The translations under genes were made by a program, and so were the position numbers. Below the pieces are notes generated by a model that was not told the DNA's origin, made no database searches, and was given only the letters and a program-made list of their open reading frames with translations. A DNA stretch of 64,000 bases. Origin: Felis catus. Lineage: Eukaryota. Every line of letters begins with the position of its first letter. Position 1 is the stretch's first letter. Location: the NCBI RefSeq assembly GCF_018350175.1, contig NC_058369.1:21206001-21270000 (forward strand). Direction: 5' to 3'. Below, piece by piece: positions 11,983-24,402 of this stretch.

Positions 11983-13025
11983 GTTTTTGTTTTGTTTTTA
12001 AAATTTTTCTCCATCTGCCTTGTTTTTTTCCAAGGTCCTTTTTCTCTTTTTGTTTTGTTCTCTATCTTATATCTTAGAGGTTTGCCTTAAATATTTGATG
12101 CTATTTAAGTACCTGCTCCTATTTAAAAGCAAAATACTAAAAAAAATGACTAGAAGCTCTTTATGTACATAATTTTGCCCCACTGCCTGATCCATTTCTC
12201 AAGAGAAAAAAATCTCCTGTCTCAAAACTAGAAGCCTGACTGCCAGCATTCTTGGAGCAAAAGAGTTACAAGGGGTCTCACTACTTAGTATAAATCCTCT
12301 TATGACCCCCCTCTTCAGAACTGTACCTCTAACCTTTCAGTATGCTGCTGTCTCTCAGACTAGACTCTTGAAGGCAAACAGTCACAGGAAAGGTTGGGAA
12401 GTGATCTGGTGGTTGAACTCAAATTTAGAGTTAACTAATCCTCCTGTTTTCAGCACCTCCATTTGTAGAAGTACCTGGTGCTCTAATCCCTGCACCATTC
12501 TAGACAGGAATTGGCCTACTTAAGGTCTTCATCTGATGCCAGCACTGAAGCCAGTGTTAGCAACCTACTCGTACATTTTCTAGCTCCGAAATTCCCATTG
12601 CCACCATCTCCTTTTCAATGGTTTCCCTTCTTTTTTTTTTTTTTTTTTTTGAGGGAGGGGAATGCTTTACATTTATGTCTTTTGTTTTGCTTTAAAATCC
12701 ATTTTCCATCATTTTAGAGGTGTTTTGGGATGTACCAGTAGTTGGCATCTGTACAACCTGCCACATTTAGGTGACAAGTCCTTCATAGTGTTTTACTTTT
12801 GCTTACTTACCTTTGAGTACTTAGTTCTGGTAGTTAATACAAAAACACAGCTGTCGCTAATTTTGTATCACCAGATAAAGTGTCAACAAAACTTAAAAAA
12901 AAAAAAATCTCAAGTATAAGAAATTTTGTCAGTAGAAACAATGTGAATCGTCCTAAATGTCATACCCATTACAGCACTGGCATTTTCTGTTTTCTCTTTC
13001 ACTGATTTCCATTCTGATCTTTAGT

Positions 13026-13237
13026 ATTTTTTTTTTAACGTTTATTTATTTTTGAGACAGAGAGAGACAAAGCATGAACAGGGGAGGGTCAGAGAGAGGG
13101 AGACACAGAATCTGAAACAGGCTCCAGGCTCTGAGCTGTCAGCACAGAGCCTGACGCGGGGCTCGAACTCACGGACCGCGAGATCATGACCTGAGCCGAA
13201 GTCGGCCGCTTAACCGACTGAGCCACCCAGGCGCCCC
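13026..13237 (-). mobile_element. Can-SINE (young, CpGs intact)
   Basis: TSD tgatctttagtattt. Confidence 0.93.
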
Positions 13238-13733
13238 TGATCTTTAGTATTTCTACTTCAAGTGTGATTGGCTTTTCTTTTGCTAACTTCTTGAGGTGCA
13301 AACGTAGACTTATTTTAGCTCTTTATTCCTTTCCTGGTATATGTATCTAAAGCTGTAAGTTTCCTTTCACAAACTCCTTTAGCTATATCCCATAAATTTT
13401 AATATACTGTGTTTTCATTTGGGTTCAGTTCAAGATTTTCCTAATTGTCCTTGCAATATCTTCTATGATCCACGGATTATTTAGAAGTGTACTGCTTCAT
13501 TTTCAAATATTTGGGGATTTTCCAGCTTTCTTTCTGTTGCTGATTTCTAGTCTAATCCCATTGTGTTCAGAAAACTGGGTATGATTTCAATCCTTTTAAA
13601 TCTTCTGAAACTTGTTTCATGACCTATGGTCCATCCGAGATAATGTTCCATGTGTGCTTGATAAGAATGTGCATTTTGCAGTCCTTGGGTGCAGTGTTTC
13701 ACATCTCAGTCAGGTCAAGCTGGTTGACAGTCC

Positions 13734-14055
13734 ATCTTAGTCAGCTCAGGCTGCTATAAAAAACCTACCACAGCCAGGGTGGCTTAAACAGCATTGATTT
13801 CTCATAGTTCTGGGGGGTAAGAAATCCAAGATCAAGGTGCCAGCAGACGTAGTTTCTGGTGAGAAGTCCACTTTCTGGTTCATGGACAGTTGTCTTCTTG
13901 CTCTTCATCCCCTTATAATGGTAATGAGCCCATTGTGGTGGCTCCACCTCTATGACCACATTCAATTACCTCCTAAAGGCCTGACCTCCAAATACATCAC
14001 ACTGGAGATGAGGCTACGATATATGAATTTTGGGGAGACAAACTTTCAGTCCATA
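13734..14055. mobile_element. MLT1A-like MaLR solo LTR
   Basis: tcttagtcagctcaggctgctataa..tccaagatcaaggtgccagcag..ccaaatacatcacactgg..tatgaattttgggg..ttcagtccata. Confidence 0.8.
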
Positions 14056-14341
14056 TTCAAGTCTTCTGTACTTTTTGCTAGTTGGTCTATCAATTGCTGA
14101 GAAAAGAGTATTGATTTTTGGTGTACTTGGTCTATCATTGCTGAGAAAGGAGTATTGAGACTTAATTGCTAAACAATTTCTCTTTTCCATTATGGTCAGT
14201 TTTGCTTTATGTATTTCCAGGCTCCATTGTTAGGTGTATATACATTTATAAATATTATATGTTCCAATGTCCCCACCCTTTTAATATTATGAGATATCCC
14301 TCTTTGTCTTCAGCAATATTTCTTCTCTTAAAGTCTATCTG

Positions 14342-14554
14342 AGGGATGCCTGGGTGGCTCAGTCAGTTAAGCATCCGACTCTTGGCTTCACCTCAGGGCA
14401 TGATCTCAGAGTTCATGAGTTTGAACCCTGGGTCAGGCTCTGTGCTGCCTGTGCAGAGCCTTCTTGGGATTGTCTCTCTCTCCCTCTTTCTCTGCTCGTT
14501 CTCTGTTAGTGCTTGCTCTCTTTCAAAATAAATAAATAAACTTAAAAAAAAAAA
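14342..14554 (+). mobile_element. Can-SINE
   Basis: Head, CT tract, A-tail. Confidence 0.88.
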
Positions 14555-16410
14555 GCCTATTGATGTTAATATAGCCATTCCAACTCACTACAGTTACTAT
14601 CTGCACGGTGTATCTTTCCCCCTCCTTCTCCTTTCAACCTATTTGTGTTTTCGAATCTAAAATGAGTTTCTTACACACAGCACAGGGTTGGATCTCTTAA
14701 AATTCAGTCTGTATTTTGATTGGAGTGCTTAGTCTATTCGCAACATGTAATATAATTATTGCTATGAATGAATTCACATCTACCATTTGCTACTTGTTTT
14801 TTTGTTCCTCTTTTCCTTCCTTACTGCCTTCTTTTAACCAAGTATTTCTGGTGTACCATTTTAATTCTATGTTGGATTTTTATTGCTATTTGTTTTTAGT
14901 GGCATTACGGTATGCATCTTTCACTTATCACCATCTACTTCAGGTTAATACTGACTTGATTTTGTTAAATAGTGCAACTTTGCTCCAAAATAGCTCCATT
15001 CCTTTGTGCTACTACTGTTCACATACATTACTTCTATAAATGCTGTAAACCTAAAATTGATGATGTAACTATTTCTTTAAACAATCTAATGTTTTCTAAA
15101 GAAATTAAGAGAAGAGAAAAAATATATAGTGTTTTATATTTGCCCACATATTTACCATTTCCACTACTCTTCAGTCCTTCTTATGGATTTGAGTCAACCA
15201 CCTGGTGGTGTTTTCTTTTGGCCTGAAGCTTCCTTTAGGATTTCTTATAGGGAAGATCTGGCAACAGTAAATTCTGTTTCTGTTTATCTAGGAATGTCTT
15301 ATTTCAGCTTCATTTTTGAAAGATGGTGTCACTGGATATACAATTGTTGGTTCAGTTTTTGTCCCTTTCAGCACTTTGAATATCGTGTCACTGCTTTCTG
15401 GTTTCCATGATTTCTTATGAACCATTATCATATTTCTGTTTTCTTGGACCTGAGAAGTTTTGCTACTTTCACAGTTTTCTCTTTCAGTAGTTTATGGTGT
15501 ACCTAGATGTGGTCTCTCTGTGTTCTCTTAGTGCTCTTAGAGCTGTAGGTTAATGTTCTCCATCAAATTTGAAGTTTTCAGCCATTATGTCTTCAAGTAT
15601 TCCCTCCCGCTTTCTTTCTCTTCCGTCGAGACTCCCAATATAAGTATACTAGAATACATGGCATGAGGGTTTGCTCCTAAGTCTGCTTAGCTATGGGTCA
15701 GCCAATGATTTAGGTGAAGACTGTCCTCAAACACTTAAAACTTTTAAGGATTCACCTTCCAATGACTGATGTGCATGTGGCTTGGGGGACCCACTCAAAG
15801 CTGTAACCAATGTCCAAGGACCACTTGCATTTTGCTTGCAAAATGGTTCTCCTAGCTCCTTTGCACAGGCATGGTTTCCCAGTCAGCCAAGAACGTGGTG
15901 AGAGCTAGCTCACTCCTCTATGGCTGACTTCCAGGATAGTCCTCACCCTCAACTGTAATGTTGGCCCATTTATCTCTGCATCGACCACTTTTAGCTGGCA
16001 AAGACATCCCCTGCCCATACACTCTCGCCATCCTGAATCAGTACATCTCCTCTGGCAGAAAAGTCGCTGGGTCTTGCAGATAGCCTTATGCTGGTAAATT
16101 ATTCTCACCAACCAGGTTCCCTTCTCGTCTTTGCATATGCCACTGCTTATGAGAATTTGCTTCAAATCAACTTTGTTTTCTGGCCTAAGGAAAAAAAAGC
16201 CCTAAGGAGCAGATGTGATGTTGAAACTAATGTAACTCTCAGAAAATCACATAGTCTAGGTATCTATGTGAACTCAAAATTTACAAGATATGCACCTGAA
16301 ACTAATGTAACGTTGTGTGTCAACTATGCTCAAAAAAAAAGAAAAAAAAAAAGACAGCTATCTCATGAAAATAAATAAAAATGATAAAAACTTTACAAGA
16401 AATGATCAAA

Positions 16411-16977
16411 TTTTTTTCATTACAATAATGCTTCTTATTATTCTGAGTAAAAAAGCTATTTTACCAGGTTTAATATAAATCATTTTTCTTAAACAGAAGC
16501 TATTTGCTGCATTTCAGGTAAATTCATTTTGTAGTTTTCAAACATAATGACTTATATTCAACTTCCTTTCTTTTAGCCATGAAAGGATTAAGCACCTTGG
16601 TTCCTGACACACCTCTTTATGAGACCTTATATCATCTTCTGAAATCATGTAAATAGATGGTAAAAGCAAACAGTCTCTTCTTTCCTGAAGAAATGTGATT
16701 TTTTTTTTTTTTTTTCTTAACATTATCTTCTCCCTGACAACCCGGTTAAGGTAGTAACAGCACGGGAACCATTTAAAGATTTACAGCAACTAAGGAAGCC
16801 TTAGAACACTACTGAGAGCAGCATTATTTAAAAAGCTACAGAGTGGGGGCACCTGGGTGGCTCAGTTGGTTAAGTGTCCAACTTCGGCTCAGGTCATGAT
16901 CTCACGGTTCATGGGTTCGAACCCCGCACCGGGCTCTGTGTGGACAGCTTGGGGCCTGGAGCCTGCTTCTGATGCTG

Positions 16978-17008
<31 letters not shown>

Positions 17009-18598
17009 GTCCCTCCCCCACTCATGCCTTGTCTCTCAAAAATGAATAAACGTTTAAAAAAAAAAAAAAAAAAAAAAAGAAAAGCTACAGAGTGAAGTTG
17101 GGGCATGGAGTTTTGGACCTGACCTAAGTTGGTCCATGTCTGGTACACCTTACAAAAGAACACCAGAAATGACTTACACAAAACTCCCTGCATCCTTTTT
17201 TCTTTTGCAAGCCCACTTATGGGCAACAAATAAAATAAAATAAAATAAAGTAAAGTAAAATAAAAGTGTACATGTGTGTATGTATGTGTTTTGAGTGGAG
17301 GACACTGATTATACAGTGTCCACCTAGGTGGGGAAATCAAATTCAGGAAAAGTTTTATGAACTTTTGCTCTAGGTAAGGTAGTTATTACTTTAGATTTGA
17401 AAAGTGGAAAAAAAAAAGTTCTTTATAAGAAATGGTCTTGCCCTATGTTGGATCAATAACACCCAGTCCTGTCAGACACAAATGGACCATGAGGTGGAAG
17501 TTCCATTTGTGTCTCACCAGGTGTGGCTTGGCCACACATACACATGTGCACAGTAACACAGGCCAGTCCCGCCGGACAGACTTGGGCAGTTCAGACACAG
17601 CTGTGGGTGAGTGAGGTCCTCTCTCCAACACGATGGCTTCCAGGAATTAAGAACACATCTTTGAGTACCTTCAAATGCCAATAGGCAATCTGAATCTGGT
17701 ACTTGCTCCTCTTCAAGGAGCACAGTTTGAAAATTATTTGCAATTGAAGGAGAAAAACTTGTAATGAAAATGGCTTCAAAACTTGTCTATGAAAATGGCT
17801 TCAAAATGTGAAAAAAATCTAGCAACCACATCTTCCAAGAAATCCACGAACAGTCCAACTGTATTTTATAAACAGGCAAGCAAGCAAATAAACAAACCAG
17901 CACGTGAAAGAAAACTAGTTAATCTGGGAAATGTTCCACAGAGAAACATTAATCCCTTCAAACCTTATTTGAGCCATTCTAAGCAACCTCACGTATGCTG
18001 TTAAATCTATTTTCTGCTTCACTGAAATATGACATAATATTCTTGAGGTGGCCCTATTTTTGGTCCACCAAAGTAGTCCAGGACCCGGAGGTTGGTTATA
18101 TTCAACTTAGCAAAAAACCAATGATGGTTGCAAGGCCAGGTTTTCAAACCAGGGTGTCGGATGAACAGTGAACCCTTGGCAAAGACCATTTCCATTTCAT
18201 TTGCCTCGGTAATAATTCCTGACACTATTGTGTGAGCACAGAAGGGACTCTGGGGATCAAATCCATGCTTCCTGTAGAAGTTAGTGTGTGCCAGACATGG
18301 TGAGTGTAGCATACGGATTCTTCTGCAGGTTGCCCACCAACTGTGGTAGTAGGTTCAGGTGGAAGTAGGGCATACTGCTGCCCAGTCACAGATGTGCGTC
18401 CAGAAGTAGGCCATGCATGCCACGTCCTCGCGGGGAGGGGGAAGGCAGGCAGTGGCGGCACAGCGCGGTGCCCCAGCCCTGCACCAGCCCCGTGCCAGTG
18501 CTGCGGCCAGCACAACTATTAGCGCCAGCTCCGGCAGGGTGAGGAGCAGCGCGCATGTGTGGCTTGGTGGGCCATGGTGGTGACTCCAGTGAGAGCCC
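16411..18598 (-). pseudogene. CREG1: Processed pseudogene (retrocopy) of CREG1; decayed CDS 18575-18019, 3' UTR and A-tail to about 16411
   Basis: ORF 18019..18312 (KHGFDPQSP..SLFIRHP..WFFAKLNITN..VLDYFGGPKI) matches the recalled CREG1 C-terminus; upstream frames give PPRED..DW and PYF..GNLQKNPYATLTM; no introns; frameshifts; A7 remnant; 15-bp TSD. Confidence 0.9.
16846..17079 (+). mobile_element. Can-SINE nested in the CREG1 retrocopy 3' UTR
   Basis: TSD aaaagctacagagtg at 16831-16845 and 17080-17094. Confidence 0.93.
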
Positions 18599-18613
18599 AG
18601 AAATGGTCAAATT

Positions 18614-18845
18614 CTTTTTTTTGTTTTAATTTTTTATTACGTTTCTTTATTTTTGAGAGGCAGAGAGAAACAGAGCACCAGCGGGGGAGGGGCAGAGAGA
18701 GAGAGGGAGACACAGAATCCGAAGCCGGCTCCAGGCTCCCAGCTGTTGGCACAGAGCCCGAGGCGGGGCTTGAACCCACGAACTGTGAGATCATGACCTG
18801 AGCTGAAGTCGGATCCTCAACCGACTGAGCCACCCAGGCGCCCCT
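18614..18845 (-). mobile_element. Can-SINE abutting the 5' end of the CREG1 retrocopy
   Basis: TSD agaaatggtcaaatt at 18599-18613 and 18846-18860. Confidence 0.93.
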
Positions 18846-19376
18846 AGAAATGGTCAAATTTCTAACAAGAGTTCTCACTGTCAACATATTTCTAAATTCT
18901 AGCAAGTGACTCCAAGTAACATTTTTGGGTTGATAAATGAAAATAAAAATTTCCTCCTAGTATTGTGGTTCAACCAAAGTATCATCTACTAATCTGGCCT
19001 GAGTCTGCGGGAGGAAAGTCAGTCTACTAAATGACAGGGTAGAGCCTTGATGCACTCACTGCTGACAATTCTTTCTAGCTCCAGATGGGCTCCTTAGGTT
19101 TTATCTCCTCACAATACTAGACTGTTGAGCTCCCACACTTGTGAACGAACGGACTCCGTTCCTGAAATACTAGGATAACAGCTGTGCCACATGAAACTTC
19201 CCATTTAACGGTCTGATGACCAAACTGATGATGATAAAATCATTTCTATCAATACATCATTTTGAAAGAGTCAACATTTACACACACAGGATTCATGCCC
19301 ACAGCTCCCAGTGCGAACCACAACTAGAACACAGTATAACGTTTCCTCATATTTAACAAGATGAAAAGAAACCAAC

Positions 19377-19588
19377 CTCTTTTTTCTTCTTCTCTCTTTA
19401 ATTTGTCTTCCTCGATTTCTTTTGGTAATTTTTCCTTTTTCTCTTTCTCCACGTCGTTATGCAAGTGCTTCGTGGTGTAGCTGAGCGCTGGTGATAGGAG
19501 GATCTCCCCATTTTTGCAGAGCTCATCGCGGATTTTAATAAAAAACTGCTGCAGCTCCACCGCATCCTCATATATTTCAGAGTCTGTC
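19377..19588 (-). CDS. PBRM1: PBRM1 exon, 212 nt, end of bromodomain 6 plus charged linker (TDSEIYEDAVELQQFFIKIRDELCKNGEILLSP...REEEKR)
   Basis: Overlaps ORF 19324..19560; TAG acceptor, GTTGGT donor. Confidence 0.95.
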
Positions 19589-21481
19589 CTATAAGGGGAT
19601 CAAGAGTACCCACTGATATACAAGCTACTTCCTTTACACACCTCGATTACATGTTTAGTTACCAATAATGTTACAGGACATAAGGGTACTTCTGTACAGT
19701 AGGGCATCGCCTTGAAAAGTTTTACAACAGAATCTGAAGTGTTGTTTGACCTCAAGGAGGAGTCCCATGGCCACCAGTCTGCTTTTCCTTACGGTTTACT
19801 CCTTGTACAGCACATATAAAAGAAAAGGCCTCATACAGTTTTGGGGGAGAAATGTGGTACAAATATCAACTGATTTTGGCAACAGAAGGGGGCAGCCAGA
19901 ATCAAGGACTACACCGAGCCTCCCCACCGTGTGCAGCACTTGTATCTAATCCTTGGATTAATTTTTACTTTCTCTTAATTGAGGGACCAACACATTATAT
20001 AAAGTGTTAACAGAAGACTTAGGCAGTGTCGGCTTTCTTCTTTTTGAATCTGTATCATCCTTGCCTAAGCTGGGAGGCCTCAGCAAAAATTTGACCCTAA
20101 ACTGCAAAGTCATGAGGGCATTCACCTTACAATGGCAACAGGCCTCAAAGTCTGTGTTCATGTTAGTTTCCCCAGCAGTAACTACACAATGCTGGGGAAT
20201 CAGCAGAGACAACATAGTGAAAAAGAGAAAAATAATTATCTGTCATACTGAAAGCTTTTTAAAGACTCTTCCTTCATTTACAGAATGAGAGACCTGGGCA
20301 AAATCAACTTCAGAATTCAGACTGGAAGAACTTTTATTACTATCTCTATTCCACTGTGGTCTGAGGATCGCTTAAACATAATTCTATTAACTAAGAATCC
20401 CAGGGGCTGAAAAATCATTCACAAAGGAAACCACAAAGTCTCAGCAGCATCTACAGAGACACTGTGGTCAGAGGAGTGTGGCAGGTGTAGCAAGCCCAGT
20501 GAGCCGCCTGTTGCCACTGACCACTAGAGCATCACGTTTTAGTAAAGTCTCCAGAATGCTTCTCCTCATCAACAAAAGTGAACTGGCAAACAATCTAAAA
20601 ACACTGCCAACAATACCCTAAATGCATGTTTCTGGAAAGGTTTTAAAAATCCTTTCAAATTACAGAAATGCTAACACTTGTAGGAAACCAATACAAAAAG
20701 TGGTCAAAGGAAGAAATTCCTATGATATCTCGATGCCTGTTTTCTGAAGAGATATCTGAAGACTGTTCACTTGACATTGAAATTCATTTTATAATAGCTT
20801 ACAATTTTAAGTATAAAATTAAAGTGAAAATCCATTTTTGGTAATCCCTGTTAAACTGAAAGGGGAGATTCCTAACTCCATCATGTCATGTTGTCTAGTA
20901 AGGAAAGTTCTGTACATAGCCATTAGACATCTGACAGATCTTTCCTGTTTTATTTAAACAAAGTAATATGAACAATTAATTTATTAATCTAAGAGGCTCG
21001 GTATTCCCTGTATGCACAAGAACAAAAACTCAAGCTGGCAAAACAAAGAGCTCTTATTCCCTTACTAGTATATAATCTTTATTTGTAACGTAGACATTCA
21101 GTAGAATGAAATAATTAAGAGTTTAGGAAGCTCTTACTGCTTCCATTGTCCTGGTCGTCCCAAGTCCCTGTAAGGTAGTCAGAGAACTTAGTTCAGGAAT
21201 ACTGCCAGCCAGCATATTAGGAAAGCCAGCAGCTAACTGGCATGAGTCAGCGCTGTGCTGTTACAGAGTATTGCTGATGGACAAACCACTGTCCCGAGTG
21301 AACGTTTCTACACCTCACTTTTCAGACTCCTTCTGTTTCAGGATGTAAAGTCCTAGTTGATACTGGCTGGTAGTGGTAGGTAGGGGTGAGTGTAAAGAAG
21401 CATGAACACTGCTGGATATCAACATGGAAATCTAGTGCATATGGACTTCATTAAATTCATGAAATTCTGTTTCTGAGAGGT

Positions 21482-21675
21482 CTTTTTTTCTTAATGTTTT
21501 TATTTTTGATAAATAGTGTGCACGGAGAAGGGGCAGAGAGAGAGGGAGACAGAAGATCTGAAGTGGACTCTGGGCTGACAGCAGAGAGCCCAACATGGGG
21601 CTCGAACTCACGAACTGTGAGATCATGACCTGAACTGAAGTCGGACGCTTAACCAACTAAGCTACCCAAGCGCCC
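21482..21675 (-). mobile_element. Can-SINE
   Basis: Body and head recognisable. Confidence 0.88.
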
Positions 21676-22739
21676 CTAAGATGTCTATCTTCATTACTGG
21701 CAAAGTAGATAAAATGATGGTTTATCATTCAACTAAATTGATGCATCTCTACCTCAGCAGCATGGGGTTACCCTTAAGTACTATAAACAGTCATAAGATG
21801 ACCTTCATTCACAAAGATAAAAATGGCTTCCCATAAAAATGGTTTTGCAAAGCTCTGGTCCAAAGAGTGAAACTCCTCATTATATCATATAAATAAATGC
21901 ACCCTAGACTCTACCTCCCAGGCCTCAAAAGCAAATTATCAATCATGTCAGTAATGGGAGAATGAAAAGAGCTCATTTCCTAGAGATACAAATCTGTTTA
22001 TTTCTTGAAATTGTCACGTCATCTATATAAGATACACAAAGTTGTTAATGATTTAAGAGACAAATGCACTTTTAGAAGACTCACAGAACTAACCCCAAGA
22101 TGTAATGGGGATGGGGCAGGGTGGAGGAGAGGGGTGACTTTAGATTTAAGAACTATTTAAAAAAACTGAGAACAAAAATGAAGTCTAAGCTCCATGAAAG
22201 CAGGATTTGTCTGTTTTGTCCATTGGTATATCCCATGTATCTAGAACAGACTTATAACTAGTAGCCACTCAATTAACATTTGTTGAATAAATGAAAATAA
22301 TGAATGTAAATTCTGACTGCAAGATGTCTCCCCATCTTTCTCTTCATTTGTATCTCCAATGTTGAACAATAAGGACCATTTCCTACATGTGTCATCACTC
22401 AAGGGCCTCTCCAATCTGACCTCCACTTCACCCATCTCTTGAACATATTAGTTTCCTAACCCTATGCCTTTCCTCAGGCCACTTGCCTTATCTGCATCCC
22501 ACCCATTCCCCCATTCTTCCCTGATGCCTCATGTCTTTTTTAGAACTCCAGTGCAGAGTTTCTACTCCACCGTCTTTACTACCTATCAAGTTGTTATATG
22601 TTGTCTCATGCCTGGAATTATTCTTCCCCAAGCATATGACTGATCCCAACTGTCAGGCTTCAAGCTCTTAGAGCACAGAGCACAAGCCTTATCATCCATG
22701 GCTGGGCTCCATGACTGGTGTCTTGGTGACTGGCTCTGT

Positions 22740-22920
22740 GGTGGGGAATAAGATGAACCACTTACAAGTTGTGTGACTTTAGGCAACTTCTATAAGTTTA
22801 GGTACCACTTCTTCATATGCAAAGTGGGAAGATTATCATCTAGAATGGCTACAAGGGTTAGAGACTATCTACATAAAGTGTTCAGCACGCTTCTTTATAA
22901 AGAGCAGGTGCTTAATGGGA
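22740..22920 (+). mobile_element. MIR remnant
   Basis: ccacttacaagttgtgtgactttaggcaa..aaagtgttcagcac. Confidence 0.6.
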
Positions 22921-23759
22921 AGAGCATACCTTATTACTAATTTTTCTTTCAAAATCCAGAGCAAATGCAGGCCTCACCAGATTCCCCAGCTAGAATTACC
23001 TCACACCCAATGCCTAAAAGTCTCCTTTCAGCATGGTACCCTATAAGCTCCAGAAAGGTCTGTATCTTTAGCTTTTTATATTTCCCCAAGTGACTCTAAG
23101 AGCAACCAGAAGACATGCCATAACCACTGAACTGAAATTGTTTTAATAATCGATTCATACCAGTGTTATGTGACAAAGATATATTGTAGATCAAAATTAA
23201 AAGGGAATTCAAATTTGATGGAAAATTAAACTTGACTGCTTCTTTCAGTGCTTCTAATGCTACAAAAGGCACTTAGAAGTGAGAAATCTGAGATTAAAAA
23301 AAAAAAAGAAGCCACCCTTTTAGGAAATGGTGATCAAATTTAAATCAGTCTAACCTCAGATCAAGAACTTAGGGCTATCTGCATTTATTTAAAGCATGCT
23401 CGGATTGAACTCAAAGTTTAAAAGAAAATCACAATACGATTTAATTTATAAACATTTTATCCTTTCGAAACGTGTTCTGTGAAAGGCTATATTTTAAGAG
23501 TTTATGCTTTTCAACAGATCTTCAACTCCATCCTCTACTCTTTCTCAAAGGTCCTGACCTAGATGATTTAGCAGCGTGACTTCTCTACCCTGTAGCATAC
23601 ACTTGCTCTCTACAAGTTGTGGCAAATTAGAATTCAAAACAGCACCCCACCAACTGGAATCATGTAACTAAGCTGAAATAGTATATCAAAGCAGAATTTT
23701 CTTCTGTTTTGTATTTAAATATCACACCTTCTCAAAAAGAAACAGCTTTGAAAACCTAC

Positions 23760-24402
23760 CGATTCATCCTTCTTGCCCTTTCCAAGACTTCAAACATATG
23801 CTCTTGAAATAAATCAAGCCGCCGGTAGCGATTATTTTCAACATTCTTTCTAATTATGTCAAAAGTAAGAGGAGGTTTGTTTGGAAAGTTGGGATCCACA
23901 GCAGGAATTTCTGCTAAGGAATCACTGTAGCATCTTCCCTCATCATCCTGATGACTCATGACTGACACAAAAAGATTGTGGATAAGCTCTTGAATCAGCA
24001 AGGTCACATTTGGGACATGAGAGTCCTCATCTCCCTCCAGGTCTCTCCGAGTTTCAAGCAGGACTTTGTGCAGGACAAGAGCATCTTTGTAGATCAAAGA
24101 CTCAGGCTCATTGTATGTACACGCATTGTTAAACATCATGACGAAGTCCTCAACCATGGAGTCTATATCTTGGTATTTATTGGCCATCATGTGACTTCGA
24201 ATTTTTTCCATGTCCATGGGCTTTTTAATGGTCAGGTAGTAGTCAGGCAGCTCAGATCTAGAGGGAAGCCTCAGAAATATGGCACTGAGGCGGCGACCCC
24301 TCTTATCAGTATAGTTCTTTACAGCTTCATAGACTTCATTTAGTTTCTGCTGCATTGGAGTCATGTATTTTGATTTTTTAGGAGAAATTCCACTCTTCCT
24401 AC
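23760..24402 (-). CDS. PBRM1: PBRM1 exon, 643 nt, bromodomain 5 and most of bromodomain 6 (RKSGISPKKSKYMTPMQQKL...ERARRMNR)
   Basis: Core of ORF 23756..24586; bromodomain motifs PDYY/PMD/FNNACTYN; TAG acceptor, GTAGGT donor. Confidence 0.97.

Larger units (their letters stand above)
13240..15660 (-). mobile_element. Old L1 ORF2-region remnant, interrupted by an LTR and a SINE
   Basis: T-rich L1M motifs (gctatatcccataaattt, aatgttccatgtgtgcttga, cttcatttttgaaag). Confidence 0.65.

Noticed and set aside
18019..18312. 97-aa CREG1-like ORF as a functional retrogene
   Set aside because: The authentic ATG frame stops after 18 codons; frameshifts and an internal deletion remove the signal peptide frame and part of the fold
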